DNA of 64,000 nt, taken from the NCBI GenBank assembly GCA_963754085.1, contig CAVWFA010000016.1, forward strand, positions 451,213 through 515,212, read 5' to 3'. Below are positions 46,619-56,468 of this stretch, piece after piece (position 1 is the stretch's first letter; every line of letters begins with the position of its first letter). The position numbers and the translations under genes were made by a program. The stretch is from Candidatus Aminicenantes bacterium (GTDB lineage Bacteria > Acidobacteriota > Aminicenantia > Aminicenantales > Saccharicenantaceae). The notes under the pieces were generated by a model. The model searched no databases. It was not told the DNA's origin and saw only the letters and a program-made list of their open reading frames with translations.

Positions 46619-48460
46619 ATGGGCGCTCAACGGGCTGCGGCGCCGGTGAGGCTCGCCCGGATGACCGCGGCCGTCCTCATGATCGTGTTGTCCGTGATCG
46701 TCGTCGTCCGGCTGGCCGGCCGGCGCGGCGGACCCCCTCCCGCGGCCGTCGCGCCGCCGCCCGCAGACCGGGTCGTCGACGTCAAGGCGCACGTCCGGCA
46801 CGAGGAGTACAAGGACGGACGTCTCGTCGCCGTGGTCCGCGGCGACTCGTTCTCGCTCGGCCCCGACGGCCGGAACCGCCTGCAGGGTTCGGTGGACGTG
46901 GTCAATTACGGGCCCGCCGGCGAGACGACCTCGCATCTCGCGGCGGACGAGGTCGCCTACGACAAGGGGACTCTCGTATTCGAGATCAAGGGCCGGGCCC
47001 GGATCGAGGCGGGCGGCGTCGTCCTCGACGGCGAGGCCTTTTCCTACGACAAGGCCAAGGGGCTTTTCGGCACGACGGCGGGGGGGCGCTTCTCTTCGAA
47101 AGCGCTGAGCGGGAGAGCGCCGGAGATCTCTTACAGCGAAAACAAGGACGAGGTCCGGCTGGGCGGTGGATTCATCGCCGAGATAGCGGCCTCGGAAGGA
47201 GAAGCGTGCCGCTTGGCCCTGTCCGGCCGTTCTCTTCGATACGACCGGCGCGGGAGAAAGGGCCGGATCGAGGAGCGGGCCTTGATCGAAGGGACGGATT
47301 TCCGCGCCGCGGCGGGCGCGGTCGCGTTCGTCGCCGCGGCCGACGAGACCGGTCTCGATGACGCTGTCCTCGAGGACTCGGCTACGGTGGTTCTGAGGGG
47401 CCAGGACGCTTCGGCCGGCGGCGAGATCCGAGCCGACCGGATCGAGGTCACCTTCTCCCGCGAACCGTCAGGGATCGGTCTCGAGGCCTTCGGCCGGGCC
47501 ATCTTGTCCCTTCGTCCCCGCGGAGATGAAGTCGAAACGCTCAGTGCGCCCAAGGCGCTGGTGAGTTACTCTCGTGAAGACCGGAAATGGACCTGGTCCG
47601 CGCGGGGAGGCGTGCGAGTTGAGATCAGCGGGGCCGGTGGTCCGGGACGCACGCTTGTTGGCGAGGCAGCCTGGTTCGACGGGGGAGGCATCGTGCATGC
47701 CGCGGGAGCCGCCGGCCTGCCCGCCGTCGCCGATTCTGCGGACGCCCGGATCGAAGCCCCGTCGATCTTAGTGGTCCCCGGAATGGGCGAACTCCTGGCA
47801 ACGGGAGGCGTCAACGGGTCCGTCAAGAAGGGGGATGGGGGTCGGCGGACCGGCTTCTTCGACCGTGGAGAGGACGTTATTGTCTCGTGCAGAACGTTGG
47901 AGGTCAGGCCCGATCTATCGACGATGTTCCTGACCGGGACAGCCCTGGTCCGCCAGGGCGACAACTCCATCCGGGCCCAGAAGGTCGAGATCGCCGGCGA
48001 CGAGGGACGGATGAACGGCGGGGGAGGGGTGGTCGTCACTCTGGCTGAGCCCGGCTCCGACGGCCGGCCGGGCCGGACGATCGAGCTCACCGGCCAGGAT
48101 CTGGCCTACCAGCCGGAGACGAGGACCCTGACGGTGACCACGAAAGCGGCCCTCCGTCTGCCTGAGGCTCGGCTCGAGGCCGGGACGTTGTCGGCCGTTC
48201 TCGCCCCCGAGGGCCGGGGCCTCGAATCGCTCACGGCGCGGACAGCGGTCGTTGTCACCAAGGGCCGTTTCGAGGGCCGGGCCGAGGCCGCGTCCTACCT
48301 GGCGGACGGCGAGCGGATCACGCTCACCGGGGGTCCCGTTCTGACCGACGGCAAGGGCGGTTCCGCCCGGGGGGCCAAATTGACATTCGATCTGGCCGAT
48401 GATAAGATTTTGATCGAGAATGAGGGACCGGGAAGAGCGACGACCGTCGTCAGATCGTGA
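46619..48460 (+). CDS. membrane-anchored LptC/LptA (OstA)-like periplasmic LPS-transport protein, extended
   Basis: 613 aa with an N-terminal TM anchor, then a repetitive beta-rich sequence ending AKLTFDLADDKILIENEG. It lies immediately upstream of lptB. The call rests on context plus weak motif similarity. Confidence 0.5.
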   Translation: MGAQRAAAPVRLARMTAAVLMIVLSVIVVVRLAGRRGGPPPAAVAPPPADRVVDVKAHVRHEEYKDGRLVAVVRGDSFSLGPDGRNRLQGSVDVVNYGPAGETTSHLAADEVAYDKGTLVFEIKGRARIEAGGVVLDGEAFSYDKAKGLFGTTAGGRFSSKALSGRAPEISYSENKDEVRLGGGFIAEIAASEGEACRLALSGRSLRYDRRGRKGRIEERALIEGTDFRAAAGAVAFVAAADETGLDDAVLEDSATVVLRGQDASAGGEIRADRIEVTFSREPSGIGLEAFGRAILSLRPRGDEVETLSAPKALVSYSREDRKWTWSARGGVRVEISGAGGPGRTLVGEAAWFDGGGIVHAAGAAGLPAVADSADARIEAPSILVVPGMGELLATGGVNGSVKKGDGGRRTGFFDRGEDVIVSCRTLEVRPDLSTMFLTGTALVRQGDNSIRAQKVEIAGDEGRMNGGGGVVVTLAEPGSDGRPGRTIELTGQDLAYQPETRTLTVTTKAALRLPEARLEAGTLSAVLAPEGRGLESLTARTAVVVTKGRFEGRAEAASYLADGERITLTGGPVLTDGKGGSARGAKLTFDLADDKILIENEGPGRATTVVRS

Positions 48461-48463
48461 GCC

Positions 48464-49189
48464 ATGAAGGGTTCCCTGAAAGCGGTTGATCTCGAGAAGA
48501 GCTTCGGGCGCAAGAAGGTCGTCGACAAAGTCTCGGTCAGGATCGACGAAGGGGAGATCGTCGGCCTGCTCGGGCCGAACGGCGCCGGAAAGACGACGAC
48601 GTTCTCGATGATCCTCGGTCTGGTCGCCCAGGACGGCGGCCGGGTCTTCCTCAGGGACGAGGACATCACCGACCTGCCGATGTACCTGCGCGCGAGGCGG
48701 GGCCTCGTCCTCCTCCCCCAGGAGCCGTCGGCCTTCCGGAAGCTGACCGTCGCCGAGAACCTCCTGGCCGTCCTCGAGACCCGGCCTTCGGCCGCGGCCT
48801 CCCGGGCCGCCCGGGTCAGCGCCGCCCTCGAGGAATTCGGCCTGGACAAGCTGGCCGGGGCCCGGGCCCTGACCCTGTCCGGCGGCGAGCGCCGCCGCCT
48901 CGAGATCGCCAGGGCCGTCGTCATGGACCCGGATTTCATTCTCCTCGACGAGCCGTTCACAGGGATCGATCCCCTGTCGGTCCGCGACCTTCAGGCGATC
49001 ATCCGGGCGCTCCGGGCCAAGGGCCTCGGCGTGTTGCTGACCGACCACGCCGTCCGGGAGACGCTCGAGATCACGGACCGGGCCTACATCGTCGGCGGCG
49101 GCCGCATCCTCAAGGAGGGCACGCCCGCGGAGATCGTTTCCTCCGACGAGGTGCGCAAGAGCTATTTGGGCGACGAGTTCCGTCTTTAG
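48464..49189 (+). CDS. lptB: LPS export ABC transporter ATP-binding protein
   Basis: 241 aa with GPNGAGKTT, LSGGERRRLEIAR and LLDEPF. It is followed by rpoN. Confidence 0.9.
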   Translation: MKGSLKAVDLEKSFGRKKVVDKVSVRIDEGEIVGLLGPNGAGKTTTFSMILGLVAQDGGRVFLRDEDITDLPMYLRARRGLVLLPQEPSAFRKLTVAENLLAVLETRPSAAASRAARVSAALEEFGLDKLAGARALTLSGGERRRLEIARAVVMDPDFILLDEPFTGIDPLSVRDLQAIIRALRAKGLGVLLTDHAVRETLEITDRAYIVGGGRILKEGTPAEIVSSDEVRKSYLGDEFRL

Positions 49190-49208
49190 GAGAGAGGGAC
49201 ACAGACCG

Positions 49209-50696
49209 ATGACGCTCAGGCAAAGACTCGACCAGAGGCAGGTGCAGAAGCTCATCCTGGCCCCGGCCCTCCAGCAGGCCATCAAGCTCCTGCCGCTGAC
49301 CAACCTCGAGCTCATCGAGGTCATCGACGCGGAGCTCGCCCAGAATCCCATGATCGAGATCGAGGACGAGGCCCGCGAGGGCCCGGCCAAGGACAGCGAG
49401 ACCGTGGCCGCCGAGGAGGCCGGGGTCAAGAACAGGGACAGCGTCCTCGACGGGCTGAGCCTCGAATCGACCGAGCCGAAGATCACCGGCGATCCGTCCG
49501 TCGACAACATCCTGGCCGGCTTCCAGGAATATCTCGACGAGGGCTTCCGCCCCCATTTCCATGAGAGCCGCGAGGCCGTCTCGCTCGAGAACACGATCTC
49601 GCGGACGCCCTCGCTCTGGGACCACCTGAACTGGCAGGCCGCGCTGACCTTCTTCGAGGCCGCGGACCAGGAGATCGCCCAGTTCATCATCGGCAATATC
49701 AACGAGGACGGCTATCTGACGTCCCCCGTCGAGGAGATCGCCCGGCTGTCGCAGACGGCGCCGGAGAAGGTCGAGGCCGTCCGGGCCAAGATCAAGACCC
49801 TCGACCCCGTGGGCTGCGGCAGCCTGGACCTGCGCGAGGCGCTGCTCGCGCAGATGGACCATCTCCAGGTCGGGGACGAAATGGCCCGGACGATCGTGAC
49901 CCAGCACCTGCCGCTCCTCGAACGGTCCGATTACGCCCATCTGGCCAAGTTGCTGGGCGCCTCCCTCGGCGAGATCCGGGCGCGCATCGACGTGATCAAG
50001 GGGCTGGACCCGGCCCCGGGGCGGAAGTACAGCGAGGAGAAGACGAGCTACGTCGTCCCGGACATCAACGTCACCAAGGAAGGCGACGAGTGGACGATCG
50101 TCGTCAACGACGAGGGCCTGCCCCGCCTCCGCATCAGCGGCTTCTACCGCCAGCTCCTGGCCAAGGCGGGCGCGGGCGAGCCCGAAGCCTACCGCTTCCT
50201 CAAGGACAATCTGAAGAAGGCCCTCTGGTTCATGCGCAGCCTCGACCAGAGGAACCAGACGATCTACAAGGTCGCCCGGTTCATCGTCGACCGCCAGAAG
50301 GAGTTCTTCGACAAGGGCATCGACTACATCAAGCCCCTGACCCTGATGGAGATCGCCCAGGACATCGGCGTCCACGAATCGACCGTCGGGCGCGTCGTGG
50401 CCAACAAGCACATGATGACCCCCCGCGGCGTCTTCTCGCTGAAGTACTTCTTCCACAAGTCCCTGCAGGGGAGCTACGGCGAGGACGTTTCGTCCCTCAA
50501 GGTCAAGGACAAGATCCGCAAGCTCGTCGACGCCGAGAACAGGGACAATCCCCTGAGCGACATCGAGATCGGCGATCTCCTGGCCCGGGAGGACCTGCGC
50601 ATCGCCCGGCGCACGGTGGCCAAGTATCGCAACCAGCTCGGCATCGAGCCCTCCCACATCCGGAAGAGAAGGTCCAGCATGGAGGAGAAAGCATGA
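49209..50696 (+). CDS. rpoN: RNA polymerase sigma-54 factor
   Basis: 495 aa with the N-terminal region I LxQxLxL-type sequence (LRQRLDQRQVQKLILAPALQQAIKLL) and the RpoN box ARRTVAKYR. Confidence 0.95.
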   Translation: MTLRQRLDQRQVQKLILAPALQQAIKLLPLTNLELIEVIDAELAQNPMIEIEDEAREGPAKDSETVAAEEAGVKNRDSVLDGLSLESTEPKITGDPSVDNILAGFQEYLDEGFRPHFHESREAVSLENTISRTPSLWDHLNWQAALTFFEAADQEIAQFIIGNINEDGYLTSPVEEIARLSQTAPEKVEAVRAKIKTLDPVGCGSLDLREALLAQMDHLQVGDEMARTIVTQHLPLLERSDYAHLAKLLGASLGEIRARIDVIKGLDPAPGRKYSEEKTSYVVPDINVTKEGDEWTIVVNDEGLPRLRISGFYRQLLAKAGAGEPEAYRFLKDNLKKALWFMRSLDQRNQTIYKVARFIVDRQKEFFDKGIDYIKPLTLMEIAQDIGVHESTVGRVVANKHMMTPRGVFSLKYFFHKSLQGSYGEDVSSLKVKDKIRKLVDAENRDNPLSDIEIGDLLAREDLRIARRTVAKYRNQLGIEPSHIRKRRSSMEEKA

Positions 50697-51214
50697 ACGT
50701 CCACTATACGGCGCGCAAGACGGCCCTGACGCCCGAGATCCGGGCCTATTGCGAGAAGCGGCTGGCCCGCCTGAAGGACCTCGTCGACGCCGTCCTCGAC
50801 GTCAACGTCATCCTCAACATCCAGAGGACCCGGAACAAGGCCGAGATCCACGTCCGGGCCAAGGGCGTCGGCTACGTCGTCATCGAGGAAGCCCAGGACA
50901 TGATGGATTCCCTGAACCGGGCTTTCGACACCCTGGAGACGCGGATCCGCAAGGACCGGGCCAAGTGGCGCGAGAAGAAGCGGCGGGGCGGGCGGGAGCG
51001 GAAGGCCCTGGCCCCGGTGGTCGCCGCGCCGGAACCCGAGAACAGGGTCATCCGGGCCAGCTTCTTCTCGCTCAAGCCCATGTCGCTCGAGGAGGCCATC
51101 ATCCAGCTCGACGCGAAGGCCAAGGAGGTCTTCCTGTTCCGGCGCGAGGGCTCCCAGGAATGGGCCGCCGTCTACCGGCGGAAGGACGGCCAATACGGGC
51201 TTATCGAGCCCTGA
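50693..51214 (+). CDS. hpf: ribosome hibernation promoting factor (long form)
   Basis: MNVHYTARKTALTPEIRAYCEKRL..., with the C-terminal extension SLKPMSLEEAIIQLD. It has an ATGA overlap with rpoN. Confidence 0.9.
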   Translation: MNVHYTARKTALTPEIRAYCEKRLARLKDLVDAVLDVNVILNIQRTRNKAEIHVRAKGVGYVVIEEAQDMMDSLNRAFDTLETRIRKDRAKWREKKRRGGRERKALAPVVAAPEPENRVIRASFFSLKPMSLEEAIIQLDAKAKEVFLFRREGSQEWAAVYRRKDGQYGLIEP

Positions 51215-51233
51215 CGGGCGGCGGGGGAGAAGA

Positions 51234-51704
51234 ATGAAGCTGCACGCGCTCCTCGACGACGGCCTGGTCCTGCCGCGCCTGGAAGCCCGCGACCGGACGG
51301 GCGTTCTCCGCGAGATGGCGGCCCGGCTGGAGGCCCGGCACGCGCCCGACCTCGACGACACGCTCCTCGACAAGCTCCTGAAGAGGGAGGAGCTGGGCAC
51401 CACGGCGATCGGCAAGGGGGTGGCCGTGCCCCACTGCCGGGCCAAGGGCCTCAAGGCCCCGGCCCTTCTGCTCGGCCTCTCGCCGGATGGGGTCGCCTTC
51501 GATGCGGTGGACGGCAAGCCCTCCCACGTCTTCTTCCTCCTGGTCTCGCCCGAGGACAATCCGGGCGCCGGGCTCCGGCTGCTGGCGGCGATCGCCGGCC
51601 TCGTCCGGAGGTCGCGGGGCCTCTCGTCGAAGCTGATCAAGGCGCCGACGCCGGAGGCCATCATCGGCGTCCTCCGGGCCGAGGAGGAGAAGCCGCGTGC
51701 CTGA
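51234..51704 (+). CDS. ptsN: PTS EIIA-Ntr nitrogen regulatory protein
   Basis: 156 aa with GTTAIGKGVAVPHCR (active-site His). Confidence 0.85.
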   Translation: MKLHALLDDGLVLPRLEARDRTGVLREMAARLEARHAPDLDDTLLDKLLKREELGTTAIGKGVAVPHCRAKGLKAPALLLGLSPDGVAFDAVDGKPSHVFFLLVSPEDNPGAGLRLLAAIAGLVRRSRGLSSKLIKAPTPEAIIGVLRAEEEKPRA

Positions 51705-52257
51705 CGGACCGGCCGGCGCGCCCCCGGGATCGCCGGATCAGACGACCCTCTCGGCCGGTTTCCTGAGGATCTTCGGCCTGGGGACCCTCATCCTCGGCGA
51801 CAGCGGCATCGGCAAGAGCGAGAGCGCGCTCGAGCTCATCTCCCGCGGCCACCGGTTCATCGCCGACGACGTCGTCCAGATCCGGGTCGGCCCGAAGGGC
51901 GAACTCGTCGGGACGGCCCCGGCCCTGAGCCGCAACTTCATGGAGATCCGGGGCCTCGGCATCATCAACATCCGGGCCATTTTCGGACCGAAGCTGCTGG
52001 CCCGGGAAGCCCGGGTCGACCTGGTGATCCGCTTGAAGAAGTGGCGGCGCGGCTACGAGGTCGACCGTCTCGGGCTCAAGTCCGGGGACGACATGACCGT
52101 GCTGGGCCGCAAGATCCCCCAGCTGGCCATTCCCGTCGCCCCGGGCCGGAACATCGCCACGCTGATCGAGATCGCCTGCAAGGTCCACATCCTCCGCAAG
52201 AAGGGCTACAGCGCGCCGGACGAGATCATCCGCCGGCTCGACCGCGTCCTGACATGA
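51697..52257 (+). CDS. hprK: HPr kinase/phosphorylase, short form (catalytic domain only)
   Basis: 186 aa (GTG start) with GTLILGDSGIGKSESALELISRGHRFIADDVV and EIRGLGIINI. Confidence 0.85.
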   Translation: MPDGPAGAPPGSPDQTTLSAGFLRIFGLGTLILGDSGIGKSESALELISRGHRFIADDVVQIRVGPKGELVGTAPALSRNFMEIRGLGIINIRAIFGPKLLAREARVDLVIRLKKWRRGYEVDRLGLKSGDDMTVLGRKIPQLAIPVAPGRNIATLIEIACKVHILRKKGYSAPDEIIRRLDRVLT

Positions 52258-53135
52258 GAGCTGCCATGACCCGCTCCGCCAAGGACTGCCGCTTCCTCAT
52301 CGTCACCGGCCTGTCGGGCTCGGGCAAGTCCGTGGTCAGCCGGGCCCTCGAGGACTTCGGCTATTACTGCATGGACAACCTGCCGGCCAAGCTCATCCCG
52401 GATTTCGTCGATCTCTGGCTCCGCGAGGAAGTCGAGATCGACCGGGCGGCCCTGGTCATCGACATCCGCGAGCCGCGCTTCCTCGCCGACTTCCCGGGGG
52501 TCTTGCGGGAGATCCGCCGGAAGGTCCCGGCGCGGCTCATCTTCCTCGAAGCGGCGGACGAGTCCCTGGCCAAGCGCTTCAACGAGACGCGGCGGCCGCA
52601 CCCGATGGCCCCGCGCAAGCCCATCCTCGAGGGGGTCCGGCTCGAGCGCAAGAGGCTCCTGGCCATCCGCCGGATGGCCGACGATGTCGTCGACACGTCG
52701 GGGCTCAACATCTACCAGCTCAAGGACATCATCGCCGAGCGCATCCTGCGGCGGAAGCGGCCGCGGACCCAGGTCGTTTTGACGAGCTTCGGCTACAAGC
52801 ACGGCCTGCCCCTCGAATCCGACCTCGTCTTCGACACGCGGCTCCTGCCGAACCCGTTCTATGTCGAGCGGCTGAGGACGCGGACCGGCAAGACGCCGAG
52901 CGTCCGCAAGTTCGTCCTGTCCTCGCCCGGGACGCGGCCGTTCCTGAAGGAGCTTTTCCGGTTCGTCGACTTCGCCCTGCCCCGCTTCGCCCGGGAGGGG
53001 AAAACGACCGTGGCCGTCGCCGTGGGCTGCACCGGGGGCAAGCACCGCTCGGTGGTCGTCGCCGAGGAGCTGCGGGCCCATCTCAAAACGGCGGGCGCGG
53101 ACGTCAGGATCTTTCATCGGGACCTTTATAAATAG
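52254..53135 (+). CDS. rapZ: RNase adapter protein RapZ
   Basis: LIVTGLSGSGKSVVSRALEDFGYYCMDNLP and GCTGGKHRSV. It has an ATGA overlap with hprK; an alternative ATG lies at 52266. Confidence 0.9.
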   Translation: MRAAMTRSAKDCRFLIVTGLSGSGKSVVSRALEDFGYYCMDNLPAKLIPDFVDLWLREEVEIDRAALVIDIREPRFLADFPGVLREIRRKVPARLIFLEAADESLAKRFNETRRPHPMAPRKPILEGVRLERKRLLAIRRMADDVVDTSGLNIYQLKDIIAERILRRKRPRTQVVLTSFGYKHGLPLESDLVFDTRLLPNPFYVERLRTRTGKTPSVRKFVLSSPGTRPFLKELFRFVDFALPRFAREGKTTVAVAVGCTGGKHRSVVVAEELRAHLKTAGADVRIFHRDLYK

Positions 53136-53179
53136 TCAGGTTTGTCATACAATAGCGGACTGATCGGGAGAGCACATTC

Positions 53180-53587
53180 ATGATCGGAGGCATCATTGTC
53201 TGCCACGGCCGCATGGCCGAGGAGCTGCTGAACGCCTTGACGATCATCCTCGGCGAGGCGCCCAACATCGAGGCCATCTCGATCGGCTGGTACGACGACG
53301 TCGAGGATTCGAAGAAGAAGATCGCCCAGAGCATCAAGCGGGTCGACCAGAAGAACGGCGTCGTCATCTTCACCGACATGTTCGGCGGCACGCCCTCCAA
53401 CCTGAGCTTCAGCTTCTACAAGGAAAGCCAGGTCGAGATCATCACCGGGGTCAACCTGCCGATGCTGATCAAGTTCGTCTCTCTCCAGCGCGCCAACAAC
53501 CTCAAGGACGTGGCCAAGAAGGTCGTCGACCAGGGCAAGAAGAACGTCCACCTCGTCAGCGCCCTGCTCAAGACGCGGACCAAGTAG
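53180..53587 (+). CDS. PTS EIIA component, mannose/fructose family
   Basis: 135 aa with MIGGIIVCHGRMAEELL (active-site His) and FTDMFGGTPSN. Confidence 0.8.
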   Translation: MIGGIIVCHGRMAEELLNALTIILGEAPNIEAISIGWYDDVEDSKKKIAQSIKRVDQKNGVVIFTDMFGGTPSNLSFSFYKESQVEIITGVNLPMLIKFVSLQRANNLKDVAKKVVDQGKKNVHLVSALLKTRTK

Positions 53588-53594
53588 CCCGCCG

Positions 53595-53864
53595 ATGCTC
53601 GACAAGACCGTCACCATCCGCAACAAGCTGGGCCTGCACGCCCGGGCCGCGGTCAAGTTCGTCAACCTGGCCAACCGCTTCAGCGCCTCGGTCAAGATCG
53701 TCAAGGACGGCGACGAGATCGACGGCAAGAGCATCCTCGGCATCCTGACCCTGGCCGCGACCCAAGGCACGTCGATCCGTCTCGTCACCGCGGGCAAGGA
53801 CGAGGAGGCGGCCATGGCCGCGCTCTGCGAGCTCATCGCCAACCGCTTCGACGAGAAGGAGTGA
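53595..53864 (+). CDS. ptsH: phosphocarrier protein HPr
   Basis: 89 aa. GLHARAA is the His15 site and GKSILGIL is the Ser46 site. Confidence 0.9.
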   Translation: MLDKTVTIRNKLGLHARAAVKFVNLANRFSASVKIVKDGDEIDGKSILGILTLAATQGTSIRLVTAGKDEEAAMAALCELIANRFDEKE

Positions 53865-55651
53865 CCCGGATGGACATCACCCGCCTGCGCGGCATCGGGG
53901 TCTCGCCGGGGATCGCCATGGGCGAGGCCCTCCTCCCGCGGCGCGTCATCTTCACCTCGCGCAAGGAGATCGTCGCCGACGATCAGGTGCCGGACGAGCT
54001 CAAGCGGCTCCGCCAGGCCCTCGACCGCACCCGCGACGACCTGGCCCGGATCAAGGAGGGCGTCCGGGAGAAGCTGGGGCCGGACAGCTCCCTCATCTTC
54101 GAGGCCCACCTGCTCATCCTCGAGGACCCGGCCCTGGTCGCCGGGCTCGAGGCCGTCATCCGCGAGGAGAAGGCCCGGGCCGAATGGGCCCTGTCCAAGG
54201 CCAACACCCGGTTCGAGCAGCTGTTCGAGGCCCTCGCGGACGAATATTTCCGGCAGCGGAAGTCGGACGTCGCCGACGTCCTCAAGCGCGTCTACCGGAA
54301 CCTCGAGACGAAGCGGGAGAAGGAGAAGGCGCCCCAGAAGCAGCACGTCCTCATCGCCCATGAGCTCCTGCCCTCCGAGGCCGCCCTGCGCCTGAGCCGG
54401 GAGCTGACGCTCGGCTTGGCCATGGACATGGGCGGGCAGACCTCGCACACGGCCATCCTGGCCCGGTCCCTCGGCATCCCGGCCGTCCTCGGCCTGCGCG
54501 ATATCACCCGCCAGGTCCGGGAAGGGGAGTTCATCATCGTCGACGGCACCGACGGCGAGGTCATCATCAACCCGCCGCCGGCCGTCCGCCGGGAGTTCCA
54601 GGCCAAGAAGGAGAAATACGAGAACTACGGCCGGGAGCTCCAGAAGACGGCCAAGCTCAAGTCGGAGACCCTCGACCGGGTCCTCTTCATCCCGCAGGCC
54701 AACATCGAGCTCCCGGAGGAGCTCGGCCTGGCCGTGTCCATGGGGGCGGAGGGCGTGGGCCTCTTCCGGTCGGAGTTCATCTATCTCCGCCGGGAGTCCC
54801 TGCCGACGGAAGAGGACCACTTCGACATCTATGCCCGCCTGGCCAAAGGGGCCCACCCCCACCCGGTCACCATCCGGACCCTCGACATCGGCGGCGAGAA
54901 GAGCCTGCCCCAGCTGAACATCGAGAAGGAGCCCAATCCCGCGCTCGGCCTGCGGGCCGTCCGCTTCTCGCTGCGGAACCGGGACCTCTTCCGGATCCAG
55001 CTCCGGGCCATCCTCCGGGCCAGCGCCGGCGGGAACGTCCGCATCCTCGTGCCCATGATCACCGAGATCGACGAGGTCGTCGAGGTCAAGGACGTCTTCG
55101 AGGACGTCAAACGGGAGTTGCGGCGCAAGGGCGAGGCCTTCGACGAGAAGATCCCGCTGGGCATCATGATCGAGGTGCCCGCGGCCGCGGCCCTGGCCGA
55201 CATCATGCTGAAGGAAGTGGACTTCATCAGCATCGGGACGAACGACCTCATCCAGTACTACTTGGCCGTCGACCGGGCCAACGAGCACGTGACCTACCTC
55301 TACAAGCCGTTCCACCCGGCCGTCATCCGCCTCATCCGGTCCGTCATCCACGCGGCCCTGAAGGCGGAGAAGGACGTCGTCGTCTGCGGCGAGATGGCCG
55401 CGGATACGCCCTCGGCCATCCTTCTGCTCGGCTTCGGCCTGAGGACTTTCAGCATGAACCCCATCTTCATCCCGCGGGTCAAGAAGGCCCTCCGGTCGAT
55501 CGAGTGCCGGACGGCCGAAAAGATCGCCGAGGAGACGCTCAAGCTCCGGAGCGCCCAGGAGATCGAGGAGTACGTCACCGAGGAGATCCTCCTGCGCCAC
55601 CCGCAGGTCTTCCTGACCGGCCAGACCCTGGAAGCTCACCCTAAGAAGTAG
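53861..55651 (+). CDS. ptsI: phosphoenolpyruvate--protein phosphotransferase (Enzyme I)
   Basis: 596 aa with GGQTSHTAILARSLGIPAV and SIGTNDLIQY. The GTG overlaps the ptsH stop; an alternative ATG lies at 53870. Confidence 0.95.
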   Translation: MTRMDITRLRGIGVSPGIAMGEALLPRRVIFTSRKEIVADDQVPDELKRLRQALDRTRDDLARIKEGVREKLGPDSSLIFEAHLLILEDPALVAGLEAVIREEKARAEWALSKANTRFEQLFEALADEYFRQRKSDVADVLKRVYRNLETKREKEKAPQKQHVLIAHELLPSEAALRLSRELTLGLAMDMGGQTSHTAILARSLGIPAVLGLRDITRQVREGEFIIVDGTDGEVIINPPPAVRREFQAKKEKYENYGRELQKTAKLKSETLDRVLFIPQANIELPEELGLAVSMGAEGVGLFRSEFIYLRRESLPTEEDHFDIYARLAKGAHPHPVTIRTLDIGGEKSLPQLNIEKEPNPALGLRAVRFSLRNRDLFRIQLRAILRASAGGNVRILVPMITEIDEVVEVKDVFEDVKRELRRKGEAFDEKIPLGIMIEVPAAAALADIMLKEVDFISIGTNDLIQYYLAVDRANEHVTYLYKPFHPAVIRLIRSVIHAALKAEKDVVVCGEMAADTPSAILLLGFGLRTFSMNPIFIPRVKKALRSIECRTAEKIAEETLKLRSAQEIEEYVTEEILLRHPQVFLTGQTLEAHPKK

Positions 55652-55663
55652 CGGCCTTGGGAC

Positions 55664-55680
55664 TGTCCCCTGAGGGGACA
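55664..55680 (+). terminator. TGTCCCC-TGA-GGGGACA hairpin 13 nt after the ptsI stop (possible terminator; member of the GGGGACA palindrome family)
   Basis: A perfect 7-bp stem with only a weak T-rich tail (CTGCCGTTCTGA). Confidence 0.35.
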
Positions 55681-55728
55681 CTGCCGTTCTGATCCTCGAA
55701 CCGGGGACCATCTCAAAGGAGTAAGCCC

Positions 55729-56412
55729 ATGACCGAAACGGCCGTCGATCTGGAGTCGGAATTCTACGAAGTTGTGACCAGAAGGCGGACGGTCCGAGAG
55801 TTCGGTCCGGCCCCGGTGCCCGCCGAGTCGGTCCGGAGGGCCCTCGAGGCGGGATTGCGGGCCCCTTGCAACGCCCATCTCAAGAGCTGGCAGTTCATCC
55901 TGCTCCGCGACCGGGAGAAGCGGTCCCGGGCGGTCTCGGAGGGCTTGAAGGCGCGGGACGTCAAGGACAGGGACGAGATCGAGAGGATCGTCTCCCGCTT
56001 CACGGAGGAAGAGCTCAAAAAGGTTTACCGGCGCTCCCTGCCCGTTCAGCGGACCATGATGCTCCAGGCCCCTGAGGTCCTTGTCGTCTGCTATAAGATG
56101 AAGGCGATGGCCGAATGCCGCAGTCTGTTCGAGCTGAATCCCCTGGCCTCGGTCTGGATGTGCATCGAGAACATCATGCTTGCCCTGGCCGCCGAAGGGC
56201 TCTTCGGTTGCACTTATACGCCTTATGACGCCCAAGGGCTCATGGATGCGCTGCGCGTGCCTCCGGGATATCAGGTGGCCGCGGTCGTCCCCTTCGGCTT
56301 TCCTCGGGAAGAGCCGGAGAGCCGAGTGCCGGAATCGCTCGAGGAACGACTGCACATCGACGAATGGGGGGCCCGAGGCCGGTCGGTCCCCGGCTCGGAG
56401 CCGTCGGTCTAG
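55729..56412 (+). CDS. nitroreductase family protein
   Basis: 227 aa with RRRTVREFGPAPVP, APCNAHLKSWQFI and AAVVPFGFP. AAGGAG is the SD sequence. Confidence 0.8.
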   Translation: MTETAVDLESEFYEVVTRRRTVREFGPAPVPAESVRRALEAGLRAPCNAHLKSWQFILLRDREKRSRAVSEGLKARDVKDRDEIERIVSRFTEEELKKVYRRSLPVQRTMMLQAPEVLVVCYKMKAMAECRSLFELNPLASVWMCIENIMLALAAEGLFGCTYTPYDAQGLMDALRVPPGYQVAAVVPFGFPREEPESRVPESLEERLHIDEWGARGRSVPGSEPSV

Positions 56413-56439
56413 GACCGGGCTGTCGTCGATATCAAGACC

Positions 56440-56458
56440 GGGCGGATTCCCGCCCTTT
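56440..56458 (+). terminator. rho-independent terminator after the nitroreductase gene
   Basis: GGGCGG-ATTC-CCGCCC followed by TTT. Confidence 0.4.
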
Positions 56459-56468
56459 GAAGGATTGT

